Shown: one piece after another, positions 38,951 to 51,952 of the stretch | Position numbering within the stretch: position 1 is the first letter of the stretch | Layout: each line of letters opens with the position of its first letter | From: Callorhinchus milii | Taxonomy: Eukaryota | Direction of reading: 5' to 3' | Length of the DNA stretch: 64,000 bases | NCBI RefSeq assembly: GCF_018977255.1 | Contig: NW_024704742.1 | Location: 19,470,001-19,534,000, forward strand | Made by a program: the position numbers and the translations under genes | The notes under the pieces: model-generated | What the model saw: only the letters and a program-made list of their open reading frames with translations | Databases searched by the model: none | What the model was told of the DNA's origin: nothing

Positions 38951-39829
38951 ACTTATATTCTATATGGTACAGTTAGTGAATTGAATTTTAGAAAATAAAG
39001 TGAGCCTAAATTGAAACATCACAAAGAAAGCTATTAGATATGTTGCATAGTTGCTAGTTTGAATTAAAATAGTTTTACTAAGTCAAGCAAACTAATCATT
39101 AACTGATCATTCCTGGATTTTTTCATGTAATGTATTACTTCTGAGACATACATAAATATAATTTACGAAGGCAACAAGTTAAAAACTGAATTAAATTATC
39201 ACTCCCCTAATATTTTGGAACAAACTTCATTTTAGGCTGCAGGTTAACATTGATAGATGATAGATTTGACCAAGATGTTCTTTCTGTGAGAATTTAACAA
39301 GAAATCCATCCACTCCATTGAGTATGTAAGAGCTTCATTTATTTCAGTATCACATCACTTTGGTCACTGTCTGGTCACTTTGAAATGAACAACTACCTGC
39401 TATTTAAAGCAATTCAGGATGATTTTGTCAAAGGTCACTCCATTCCCCTCTGAATAAAGGGTAAGAACAGGCCTTCATCCTCAGGAGATGCCATCAAGGT
39501 TGTAAATGCAATGTTTCACAGCAACATCACAAATATACTTAACCTACTGTTCACCTGAAAAACAGAAAGGTTTCTCAACCAGAGTCCAGTGGGATTTCCA
39601 CAAAAGACGATGAGCTTTGACAGTACATTAGATGAAAATCCTTTCTTCCTTCTCATCTTCAATCTTCAGTAAGTAATAATGGCTACATCTCTCACAATGT
39701 TAAATCCTGTGAAAGTGCTTTGAGATGTTTGGACAATGTGATGAAGCATCAAATCAAATTCCAAGGACCTTTTTTTTGCCCTAGAAATAGAACCCCCGAG
39801 CAGCATCCATAAAGCTGAACCTTTATATA

Positions 39830-40222
39830 CAATAACAACAATACCAAATTGCATTTATACAGCACCCTCCACGCAGGGTAGCATCTCAGAGCGCTTAACA
39901 GTGGCGGAACTTGACTCTGAGCCAGGGTGGGGGTGAGGTGGCCGTAAGCTCGGTCGAAGAGGAAGGTTTCAGGCAGGGCGTGAAAAAGGGGGGAGAGGGG
40001 GCAAGGCAGAGAGATTGAGAGAGAGTGTTCCAGAGTTTCGGGGTGTAGTTGATGAAAGCGCGACCTCCGATGGCGGGGCGGAGGGTGCAAGGGACGAGCA
40101 GGAGGCCAGATTTTCCTCGAGCGGAGGAGATGGGTGGTGAATTAGGGAGTGAGGATGTCGAAGAGGTAGAGAGGTGCCAGACAACGAAGGGCTATACAGG
40201 TGTTTATTTGGAACTCTATCCC
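39830..40222 (-). mobile_element. L2 LINE 3' end (type 2 tail)
   Basis: ALRCLAPLYLFDIL, ETFLFDRAY; tail reads agcaccctccacgcagggtagcatctcagagc on the + strand. Confidence 0.9.
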
Positions 40223-40396
40223 TGATGCTAGATTAATTAAAATGTTCAAGTCTGAGATTGATAGATATTTGTTAGGGGAGGGTATCAAGGGATATGGAGC
40301 AGAGCTGGAGTTGGAGTTGAGGCACAGATCAGCCATGATCTAACAGAATGGCAGAACAGGCTCGAGGGGCTAAATTGGCTACTCCTGTTCCTATGT
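40223..40396 (+). mobile_element. CR1 LINE 3' end
   Basis: ttcaagtctgagattgatagatatttg...gaacaggctcgaggggctaaattggctactcctgttcctatg; inverse-similar to 63765-63990. Confidence 0.88.
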
Positions 40397-40997
40397 AATA
40401 TAGGTGAGGTGAGTAGCAACAAAATATGATTCTAATAATATGACAATCCCTTTAAATCACTTCCATTGCCTCCCAAACTACTAAGGAATTTAAATTGATT
40501 CAACTACAAATTTAATTCTTTGCTCTTTGCACCTGAAGAAATCTTGATATTATAAGGGCTGTAAAATGCAAGCTCATCTTTTTTCCTTATTACTCCTGCC
40601 AGGCCCCTGTCCCCCTGTGCATTTAACTGTACATGTAAGAGAATTTAAAAAAGCACTCTTCACTCATCAATCGCACAACATGTTGCATTGCCGCAGACAC
40701 TCCCTAACTTACTCAATGGGCCAAGGCACCCGAGACACTTTAAAGGAGACTGTATAAATGCAATTTGTTGTTGTTGTAAAGAGAGTGAATAACAAAAACA
40801 CAATTTATATTTATATAATGCCTTTCACGTTGGGAGTTGGGAGTACGTACCAAAGCTGAGGAGGGGAGTTGAGGAAGGTAAGGAAAAAATGTCCAAAAGC
40901 ATGGTCTAACATTTATGTTGGAAAATACGCTAGTCAGTGTCCTGAATGCTCCCCCAGATTACAGAATAGCTAAATTTGCTTGTTGATTTGCTTTGTA

Positions 40998-41166
40998 GAG
41001 TCCTGTAGCTCAGTGGTTAGAGCACTCGCCTTGCAAGCGAGACACCTGGGTTCAATTCCAGGTAGGGCGAAACCTTGGGCAAGTTTCCTGACTCCACACA
41101 TCTAATAATCAGTCCTCCAAAACAAAATACAATAATAAATTGGTCATTTTCAATCCACGACTGTTT
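40998..41166 (+). mobile_element. Young SINE 5' half (tRNA-Ala-like head)
   Basis: gagtcctgTAGCTCAGTGGttagagc...cttgcaag...GGTTCAATTCC; TGC at the anticodon-like position. Confidence 0.93.
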
Positions 41167-41687
41167 TAATCGTCAGAAATGTTCATCTAAAAGCCCGTGT
41201 TTGAAAATGCACAATCCTGTCTAATTGTTCATCCAAAGGATTAAGCAGCTGTGGAGAGGAATCGACATGAGAAGGCAATAGAAGGAAGTGGAGTTTGTCT
41301 GGAACGTGGTGATTGCAGAAGCAATGCGCTTGCAGGATTGTGTTAGTTCATCCAATAAGCTTAAAGGGAGAGCAAGCTTGGGAGATAAAGGAGCAAACAG
41401 TGGGTGAGGAAAATCTATTTAAACCAAAACATCTTTCTAGCCAGATAAGTACTTACAGGAATGATGTGCAGATGCTAAATTGGACTAAAGCAAAGAAAAA
41501 GCAATTTTGTATTTCTATTTTGATGAAGATTTTAAATATTATGACTTGATTTTTTTGTTTTTTTTGTTGCTGTATTACAAGATTTCAATGGAGCATTTTT
41601 CATCCTCTTGTGAAAGGGTTTTGGTTCCATGTGTATCTGCTGTCCTACCTTGAAGAAGTGATAATTGGACTAAAGCAAAGAAAAGCC

Positions 41688-41742
41688 TAGAAGACGTGAT
41701 AAGGCGTTACATCAAATGCAAGGATTATTATTATTATTATTA
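41688..41742 (+). mobile_element. SINE extreme 3' tail
   Basis: tagaagacgtgataaggcgttacatcaaatgcaagg(att)n. Confidence 0.85.
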
Positions 41743-41758
41743 CCCAAGTGGCCATTTA

Positions 41759-42080
41759 TAATAATAATAAAATTCCTTGCATTTGATATAGAGTTTCTCA
41801 TGTCTTCTTGACGTCTCAAAGCGCTTCACAGAATAGACTGTAAAGTGAATTGACTGTATATTTGTGGGCGAAAAGTGGCAGCCAATTGCGCACAGCAATA
41901 TCCCACAAACAGTCATGGATTGAAAATGACCAATTTATTATTGTTTTTTGTTTTTGGAGGGATTATTATTAGGCTCTGTGTGGAGTAAGGAAACTTGCCC
42001 AAGGTTTCACCCTGCCTGGAATTGAACCCAGGTGTCTCACTTGCAAGGCAAGTGCTATAACCACTGAGCTACAGGACTCC
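41759..42080 (-). mobile_element. Full-length young tRNA-headed SINE (short variant)
   Basis: Colinear end to end with 54493-54823; A/B boxes; L2-like tail. Confidence 0.95.
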
Positions 42081-43337
42081 ACATTTCTCATTGATGGACC
42101 TTGATAGCAAAATCAGATTGGCTATTTAACTATGGGTTAGAGTTAGCCTAGCACTCTCCTCATCAGATGTATATAATTGCAACTTTCTACCTAGGAAACT
42201 ATATTGATTTGCAAATGGAAGATGGAATATTGAATTGATCTTTCCTCTCTGTAATCCAAGGATACAAAACCTAATTGAAACACTTCTAACGTAGCACAGG
42301 CTAAAATACCTCAACACTGACCAGGGATTAAACCTGTATGTCTAAGTTTGAATTTGTCAAGAAAATGTTAAATCAAGAGTCAGTTCTGTTAAGTGCCTTT
42401 GATAACTTTAGTTATAAAAATATGAAGTTCTGAAAATTAGCAAAGAGTATTACAGATTTTTAATAAAGGAAAGAAGAAAGAATGGGTCTGTGTTAGAAGA
42501 GATTGGGCAGAGGTGGTTTAAGAAAAAGGGGGTGTCAAATCTTAAACAAATAATAATCTTTGCATTTGATATAGCATCTTATCATGTTATCGAGACGTCT
42601 CAAACTGTTTCACGACAATTTATTGTGAAGTGTAATGACTGTATTTGTAGGTAAATAGAAACAAAAGTCATGGGAGTCTGCAAACAAGTTAATGCAATCT
42701 CAAGTTTGGATTTTGCACAAAATATGAGATGTAGCTCAGCAAACTGCATTATACCATTCTTGCACACACTGAGACTGTGGTGAGTAATCAGGACAGAAAT
42801 CAGGACTGTGGTGAGTAATCTTAGACATAAGAGTCTCAGTGACATCTGATGTGTGGCCACATGATGCATAGCCTTTGCCAAGCACTTGCAGTGAGCATTG
42901 CATGGCATTCTAACTAACAGTAAAAATAGTAAGCAACAACACCACAGAGTTGTACTCCATAAGCTGCTCATTTGAGCTAACTTACTCAATTTTGTGTCAT
43001 TGTGGCACACTAATAACTCACTGTTTAACTACATAAACAGTGAGGTCCTCAGCAAGCTGTTTGCTCATTTAGCAATCCGTTCTTCTGCACATATAATAGG
43101 ATTTCCCATAACAATGTGTTTGTTAGCATTAGGAAGCAGCATGTCTTCAATTTCACTGTTTGCACCCTTACTGCTTTCTCATTGCCACTCTGAAAATCAT
43201 AACTGTGCCCTTTTTTCCAATCAACATTTAAAAACAAAATTATTTTTTCCACAAACACCGCAGATGAAGTAATCTGCATTCTAATACTTTATGACATTCA
43301 CTCAGATACAGCTGCAGAAAATCATTTTGACAAATGT

Positions 43338-43792
43338 GATTTTTTATTGGTCAGCTGAGTATCTAATGCAGGCAGAAATCCATCACCATGCTTAAGATCA
43401 ACCAAACCAAAATAAGTTCCATGCATCCCACCCACACATGGAAATTCCCATGTATTGGAATGGAATGCGCATTCTCTCCCTGGTGAAACAAATCCTGCCT
43501 TCCTAACTCCGAAGAGTATTAGGTATAGATTGGTGAGGGCCAAAGCTTGAGGACCCAAGAGTGTACATTAGAATACTACTGAAGTCTAACCAGCTAAAAC
43601 CGAGTTGCTTACCATCGAGAGCACTGCCTAGCAAACTTTCCTGTGCTTGCCCAGCTAGGACCACCCTACACCTTAGGGCTTTGGGCTGCAGGATTAACAA
43701 GAGTTGAGTGGGAAGAATCCTTGACCCCAGTGACCGGTCTATCACTCCAGTTCTACCGTTGGGATAGGCTAGGCTGGGCTGTCATCAGCAGT
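43338..43792 (-). repeat. Family D repeat
   Basis: tttttttattggtcagctgag...gttccatgcatcccacccacacatggaaattccc. Confidence 0.85.
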
Positions 43793-44179
43793 GGTAAACA
43801 TGATACAATACAAAACTCTGTTTGTAAATGTTGCTCAAGGACATTTAAATGGGAACCTGGAAATGGAAGAAGAAAGACTTGCAAATAATTATCACCATAA
43901 CTAGCAAGTGTGCAATTTAATCAGTTACAGGTGCAAAAGAGTTGCTGACTGTATGTCATTCACCAGTAATTGCTGTTATAGTACAATAATTCTCAAATCG
44001 CTTCATACTTTAAAAAAATTACAAATACGGATAAATATGATAATACAAGTTTTCCACAATGTGAAGCAATTACTTACCGTCAATTCTGAAATAGTCTTGA
44101 CAGTACTGTGTAAATATGGATGAACTTACAAACAATTAGAGACACTGTTAACTGGCTCATTCAGAACAGAATGTATGCA

Positions 44180-44412
44180 TACAACAACAACAACAACAAG
44201 ATTCCATTTATAAAGCGCCTTTCACGTCAGGAGGACGTCCCAAGGCGCTGCACAGTTGGGTCATGACCCGAGCAGGGGGGAAATGGTCAGGGTGAGGGGA
44301 GGGAAGGGAGGGAGAGAGGAGGGGGGAAATGGTCAGGGTGAGGGGAGGGAAGGGAGGGAGTGAGGAGGGGGAAGAGAGTCGAGAGGGGAGCTGAAGGCAC
44401 GGTCAAAGAGAA
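44180..44412 (-). mobile_element. Young L2 3' end with a 46-bp internal tandem duplication
   Basis: Close reverse complement of 23955-24135; (caa)n tail. Confidence 0.93.
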
Positions 44413-44754
44413 GAAAAACTAAACAGGCAAATACAACTTCCCGCTAGCTAATGGTGAGGATTTGGCCTCCAGCGTCTCTGATTGTCAGGATGACCCTCCC
44501 CATTTTAAACTGTGTTGCCTGCCTGGAAGAATGCCTTAATTGTGTGGCTATTCTATTGGCTTGACTGCCTAACTCGTCGTTGTTGTTCCAGTCTGGATAC
44601 AAACCTTGACCTGTTGGATGAATGTTGGCCATGTCTAGGATTTCTTCTGGCTCTGACTCCCCTGAGAAGCTGCTTTAATCTTAATTGCCAAATGGCAACC
44701 TTCACTTATAAAACAAGAAGGCTTTAATGGAAGAGATTTTTTAAATTATACTCA

Positions 44755-45170
44755 TAATAATGCTTGCATTTAATATAACTCCTTATCACATTGTCACAAT
44801 GTCTCAAAGCACTTCACAGGATATATAGTAAAGTGGTGTAACTGGGCATATTTTATGGACGAATGCGGCAGCCAATTTGGGTACAGCAATGTGCCACAAA
44901 CATTCATGCAGTGAGTGACCAATTTTATTTTGGGGATTGCTGACCAGCACATCAGGACAAACTCACTTTTCTTCTTGAATAGTTCTATGGGATCTTTAAT
45001 GTCTACCTGGACAGGCAGACAGAACCTAATTTTAACATCTCACCTCTGATAATGCAGCACACTCCCATCACGACACTGGATGGGAACATAGACCACAGCA
45101 TGAGTTCCAAATCTGACAAGGAGCTTGAACCCACGTCCTTCTGACTCAGAGGTAAGAGTACTACCAGCTA
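44755..45170 (-). mobile_element. Near full-length old Deu-domain SINE
   Basis: Tail, Deu core (tatgggatctttaatgtctacctgg) and tRNA-like head (gcttgaacccacgtccttctgactcagagg). Confidence 0.88.
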
Positions 45171-46344
45171 TCACCCAATTTAATTTAAATATTTTTATGC
45201 GCAACAGAAATTATTTGGAAAATAATATTTGCTGCAATCCTACATCCAAGGTTTCCATGACACACTCAATACTCATTCATGGATATCCATGATAATTTTT
45301 GTAAGCCATTCTCCAAGGATTAAAGTATTATTTGTCTAAAGCATGTGGTATAGTAGATATAGACGCGAAGAGCAACTGAAGCTTGCCTGAAGCATGTACT
45401 TCCATATCACAGTAATTTGTCGTAATCATACTCCATTCAAATCCAAATCTTTGTAAACATATCAAAAGGCATTCTGCATGCTTGATCCAAGATGCCTTGA
45501 ATCTGTGAGAGAACAACACCACATTTTAATTGGCAACAATTGGGAACCTTCGCAAATTCGTTTTCTGCACATAATAATGAGAATGAGTTATGCAACTACT
45601 GGACTGTAAATTCATAATATCCATTTTTATTATAATTTCCTTAATTTAAACAGCAGTTCAGAGCAAAGGTTTGCAGATCTGTTCTCCATGTTACAAGTTT
45701 TAATTTTGCTATAAGTACTTTAAAAAAACTCACAATCTATTCCTGAAACGCAATTATCCAAAATTATTATTGTACATTATCAGATCAAATAAACGTCTCA
45801 GATAAAAAAATCGTTTATGTGTTGATTGATCATGTACAGTCTGAGCCATTAAAAGTAAAGCAGGGCTTCCATGTATTATTGATTAATAAGGGCCTTACGG
45901 ATTAGCCTGAAGACACAGCTTCCCATGGCACAACTCTTGATATTGATGATTAAACAACTTTTTAACTGCATCAGGCAATCTTCTTGGAACTTGAATTATC
46001 TGTAAAGAACTTATCGTGAGCCATTCACAGCTACTAAGGAAGTACTAGTACACTAGAATCAAAGTGCTGATAAATGCCAGATCAAACTTTGGAACAATGA
46101 TAAGAACACAGAGCTGAAAATTTTGATTTGTTTTAGATTAATAGTGAGAAATTCCATCTGGGTTTAGATTTACTCTATTTTCTGAGGCATGTCAAAGCAG
46201 TCACTGCACTTTAAAGTATATCTTGTGAAGCGCTTTGGGACATCCTCCAAACATGAAGCTAAATTTAAGTATTATTTTTAATAATTCAGATTTAACTTTG
46301 ATGTTGGTTTTCTGTAGTTGGTAACTACAAGTTCAAAATTTAAG

Positions 46345-46715
46345 CTAGACTAGGCTAGCACTCCAATGCAAGGTGTCATCATTCAGAAATCGCATGGCAT
46401 TACCGAAAAAAGTGGGAGTTTCTCCTGGTGTCCTAGCCAACAATCTTCCAGATAAAACTTGCTCATATCACAGCTGTTTGTGACACATTGCTTTGTACAA
46501 ATTTTTGTCACTTTCACTTACAAATACATTGTCACTACACATCACAATAAAGTCTATACAGTGTTTTGAGATGTCTTGATGACGTGATGTAATGAGGCAC
46601 CATATTAAAAATAAATAGTATTTCTTGCATTTAGTATAGCACTTTTCACATTGGTAGGATGTCCCAAAGTGCTTCGCAGGCTTCATTGCGAAGTGAAGTG
46701 ACTGTGTATTTGTGA
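46345..46715. mobile_element. Old Deu SINE (+, 46345-46610) tail-to-tail with a SINE tail (-, 46612-46715)
   Basis: atggcattaccgaaaaaagtgggagtttctcctggtgtcctagcc core, followed by an inverted tail. Confidence 0.75.
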
Positions 46716-47313
46716 TTATTATTGATTTCTCCCCATTGATGTGTTTTTTTTAACAAAACGAGCTCCCAGCTCCGGAATGGCTGGTGATTGCTGGAAAAAT
46801 AAAGAAATAAGTCTAACACTAATGTTTTGTGAAAAGCAAGTTAGAACCAATACAAAAGAATAGATAAGGTACGGAGAAACTAAGTGTTACTGAAAAAATA
46901 ATTTTAAAAAGTAGAGGGAATCAGAAAAATTGAGGATGTGGTGGGAGAAACACAGGTAAAGTGTGCAATTTTTAGAAATATATTCAAATTGTGTTTAATA
47001 TTTATTTTGGTTTTTAGGGTTAATATTAAATTAAAAAAGCCGTTTCTGATGCTTGATTTACTTTATTATTGTATCATCAGTCTTATAAGTTGAAAATGCA
47101 GAAGTGCTGGACCTAGGGAGAAGTTTTTTCTAGGCCGGTCAGTAGCTGAAAGGTCAAGACAACTATTTTTCTTTTAAAATGTTTTTTTTTGCAGTTTTAC
47201 GAACAATGAATAATGGACAGTAATGATGTATCAAGTGTAGGATATACAATGCGAAACTAGTCTCCATTGATTACAATGTTACCAGAGAGAAAATCAATCT
47301 ACAAGGACATTGA

Positions 47314-47790
47314 TTTTTTTTGGTCAGCTGGGTGTCTGACTCTTGCAGGAACCCATCCCCATGTTTAAGAGAATCCAAATCAAACAGACCTCCATGCATC
47401 CCACCTACACATGGAAATTTCCAAAATATTTATTGGAATGGTATACACACTCTCTTCTTGGAGGAATGCATTCTGCTTCCCTAATTCTAGAGAGTATTAG
47501 GGCACGTTGGCAAGAGCCAAGGTTTGGGAACTCTAGGATGCATGTTGGGGTACTGCTGGTGTTCAACCAGCTATAACCGTATAGCTTGCTCTTAAAGACA
47601 CTGTCTGGCAAGCTTTCCCGCTGCTTGTCCAACTAGAACCATCCTATTTGTTAGGCCTTTGGCTTGCAGAGTTACAGTTGCTGAGTGGGAAAATTGCCTG
47701 TCCCCCATGACTAGTCTGGCCTTTTAAGTACTGCCAATGAGCCAGGCTGGCTGTGCTGTCATCAGCGGTGCCTGGAATATTGCAGACTAT
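47314..47790 (-). repeat. Family D repeat with a clear oligo(A) end
   Basis: Minus strand ends gtcagacacccagctgaccaaaaaaaa. Confidence 0.85.
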
Positions 47791-48424
47791 ATAAAATACA
47801 ATAATTATTATTATTTCTTAGAGGTTTGCTAAATACCATCCCTTTAAATGTTTGTTTTATTAAAAAGCAAAGTTGGTGATTATTGAGATGAAAGTGCACT
47901 CCTTTAACCCCAGTCCGAACAGTACGTACCTGGGGATGAAAGCAAAAGTCATTCTTTTGTTGAACTGGGCTGCTTGTTAGCAGGACGAAAACAGACCAGA
48001 AGAAAAAATGGGATCTTTCCACTATTAAATATTTTTTCTGACCTTGTATTTTGGTGAATTTCAGATATCGCCAAACCTAATACAACTATGCAGATCAACA
48101 GGGGTAGGCTGAAATTATCACTTCCAAACTCTTTTGAGAATATTGTCAATTTAACCTCAATATTGAAAATATGAATTAAGACACAATTGATGCTAGGAGC
48201 ATATTAAGATGGGAAGTTTACATGTTTTCGTTGCTTCTGAGGCGAATAGAATATGGGATAGAATACTAATCATAGTCTGAACAGATAATAAATAAATAAT
48301 CACAAGCAGAGTGCATTCAGAGACTATTCAGAATCGCTATCTACTGCAATTGTAGCGATCTCTCTATGAGACCCTTTCCATTTTTATGAGGCGTATTCAT
48401 GGCCCCAGGCTGACCTATTTGAAC

Positions 48425-48825
48425 AATAATAATTCTTGTTTTTTTATATAGAGGCTTAACACATCAAAAAACTTTTTCTGCGAAGACGTGTATTAGTAAG
48501 CAAATGACAGCCAATTTGCACACAACAATGTCCCACAAACAGCCAGGGGGTGAATTGTTAATGGATCTGAAGGCCAAGGACACTGGGAGAAACTCCTGTT
48601 TGTTTTCAAATGATGCCATAGGATTGTTAATGTCCACATAAATAGACAGACGAAAAACCTCAGTTTAAAGTCTCATCTATAGGATGGCTCCTCTGATAAT
48701 CGAGCACTCCCCCAGCTTTCTACTGTAATATCAGCCTAGACCAGGAACTCCAAGCCACCCGTATGGGACTTGAATACAAAACATTCTGACGTAGAGGTAG
48801 CAAAGCTTCTGAGTGAGTCAGGCTC
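48425..48825 (-). mobile_element. Near full-length old Deu-domain SINE
   Basis: Colinear with 44755-45170 and 63194-63570. Confidence 0.85.
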
Positions 48826-51349
48826 AAGATCCTAAATCCTGCCAGTCCTCATTGTGGCAGTGATCTTTTGGTTTAATGATAGATTATTATTAGACTGAGG
48901 TTTAAAATGTACATCACATCACAAAACTGAGTAGAAAGAAGAGACCACAGTCAAATATAGTGTAAGAAACATCTAAGCTGAAAATAAAGTTCCAAAATGC
49001 CAATTTATGCCATTAAGAAATTGCCTATAAGTAAGTCTGGAGAGCAAACACAGCATTGAGTATCATTTTCCTCTGAGCAGCTGTGCTGACCTCAGTATAT
49101 ATAACATTCAATTACATTTGTATGGAATGAATTAATTTATAATGGGATTGCTACTTCTACGTCAAAAGGTTGTGTGTTCAAGTTCCACATTCCTGGTCTA
49201 GGCTGACATTACTGCATTAATTTATAATGGGATTTTCAGAACTCAGGATTTTCTAAAAAAAATTTGAGCTGATCACAAAATAAACGGACCATGAGGGAGG
49301 AAGCCCACAATCATTCCCAACTCATCATGTTTATAGTGGGTGTAAATTGTACTGTTCCTGATGGTGACAGGAGCTGGGCACCAGCGAGATTCACGTTGCC
49401 TCAGGCTCCATTTGAACTGGATGTTTGGCAGCGACTAAAACATGTGGTGTAAATACAGCATTGCAATCTTATGATCCCCACACTTAGGATTGCACATTCT
49501 TCACAACAAAGCAAGAATCAAAAACAGAAACACTTCAACTAAAAAAAATTCGCCCAAAATTTAATTAAAAGGAAGTCTTCTAAAGAAAGGGAAACATCTT
49601 GCCTGCACAACAACTATTTTCACAACATTTTCCTCCTCTCTGGCCACAATTCTTTGTTGTGCTCACGCATGATCTGTTTTTTCTAGGACCATAATGAACA
49701 GTTTTTCTAAACGTTTTTCTAATTAATCAAGAAAAGGTAGTGAGAAAAAACATAAGTTTTTCTCACTACCTTTTCTTGATTAATTACTTACATAGGACCA
49801 TAGGAATGTAACTGAATGTTATATATACTGAAGGGCAGCACAGGCTGCTCACCCTCACCCATATTTGCTAATTGGCTTATTTATCGCCTCTTAATTCACG
49901 GCATAACTTGTTATTTTGGAACTTTATTTTCAGCCCAGATGTTTCCACGGCAAAATCAGTGTGGGCAACAATAAATAGGACAAATGGGGTACTAGGAAAT
50001 ATGATTACTATTAATAATACTAATAATACTTAAGTTTGGATGTAACACCTTGCACTTCTGGAGAACGTGCTTCACAGGATATACTGTAAAATGCAGTGAT
50101 TGTGTTTTGCAGGTGAAGCTGGTTTTCCACAGCTCTTAAATGAACTGGCTTCCAAATTAAAGCAGTAATTAAGGTTATTCCATATTTCTTCATGATCTTA
50201 CATTTTAAGATAAGAAGGTCTTATTACAGTTTTAGACTAGGTGCAATTTCAGGCCTGGCCATTGTTACAGTAATTGGCTTTCAATAATAGAATTGTCAGG
50301 TCACAGTTGAATCTATAACATCATGTAATCTTTGTATTTGCAGCCCACTCATTCATTACACATACAAAAGAATGAGTTCCACTTTCCACTGTACAATGTA
50401 AGAAGCATTGAAACAAGTAAGATGAAATTGCTGCCGACACGCCAAAGGAAAATGCTTCATCATATGTACAAAATAAAAGATTTATCTAAAATAATTCCAT
50501 TTTAAAGTTAAAAATACAAACCTGCCCCTTTTTTGCTTATATTTATTGTTCACTCTTAAAATATTTAAGGCATTTCAGATATAATTTCTTGAAACGTGAG
50601 TTATTGAAAGAAGAAAGTCAGACACAATTTCTTTAATAGAAACTGAGAGCTGTACTATTGAAGTCATCGACCATCATTAACTCTCGGATGTTATTGCTTT
50701 AGCTGGAGAGCATTCTTTGTCATTATACAAATTGAAAGTGTTCCTGTCTTCAGGGTGACAGCTTCATACTTTTTTTTAAATTAGTCTTTAATTTCTTGCT
50801 TTACATGGGTAACATGAGCATCTAATTATGGTTCCATTTCTAATACAAAAATAATATCACCACGTTGCTGGCTGTTGATCATACAGTGTTGATCATACAA
50901 CTAAATTGGATCTTTGGTTCACTCTCTGCCATCTGCACAATGCTTCAGTGTAGTGAGCTGCAATCATTCATGTTTGCTACCTCTCCTCAACGACATTGCT
51001 CAGCTGTTGAACCATCCATCTTCATGACATCTGCTAAAAACTTTAAAGTACAAAGGTCCGCATTGCCACTTAACTCAATGACATTAACTCAAATTAAAAG
51101 AATTACTGATCGAAAATCTGTGAATGGAAGAATATCAAATGAAATCACTCATAATCACGATGTTGAGAGCTTGACCAAAAAATTTGGTGATGGTTAGTTT
51201 TGATCTATGATTGAACTAAAAGCTTCTTTGAGTTTATTTGGTTTCTGATATTCAGGACAAATATATATATATAATCACATTGATTGTTAGTCAGCAAGAA
51301 TCTTTGAAATCACACGAGAGAGAGAGAAAATTCTAGTTTTGTCATTTCC

Positions 51350-51775
51350 TTTTGGTCAACTAGATGTCTAACACGAGTCTGTTGTCAAACATGTCAACTT
51401 GGAACCAGATCAGTCTCAAGGACACTCTCTGCTTAACTTCCCCCTAAGAACAATAGTCACTAGTTGGTCATTGGACATCTGACAAGCACAGGTTTGAGCC
51501 CTCACAAGGTGGATAGCAAATACCAGGAGCTCTCTGTGTCAGTATATTTATGTGTCTTGGCATTGGGAATTTATAATCAGATTTATGGACCAGTAGAAAA
51601 TGTTCTTGCCTGTCAAGGTCTTGTTAATTTATTAACTTTATCCCAGCTCAGCATGAAATGAGAGAACATTGCACCATCCTTCTACCCTTAGCTTGGTTGC
51701 ACATCTTTACATCTTTACCTATTGAGCAATGGCTCCATTAGTTGGAATGTTTTAGTTCCCTCGGCCAAATCAAGA
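51350..51775 (-). repeat. Family D repeat with a large internal deletion
   Basis: Terminal ttttggtcaactagatgtctaacac is joined to sequence matching 13520-13790. Confidence 0.7.
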
Positions 51776-51952
51776 GATTGTCCTTTATTTATCAGTTTCA
51801 TATCTCCCATTTATCATGCAGATTATATTCAGTAGCTAAAAATGTCAATTGCTGCTGGACAAGAATGTGTTAAGATATGCATATGACAAAGAATGTAGAG
51901 AATGGTTCTTTGATGTTAAAGGAAAGTGAATGCTTGATCTGATCATGTCAGT

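Noticed and set aside
40998..41070. Functional tRNA-Ala gene
   Set aside because: It continues into the SINE body and recurs in several divergent copies, so it is a SINE head
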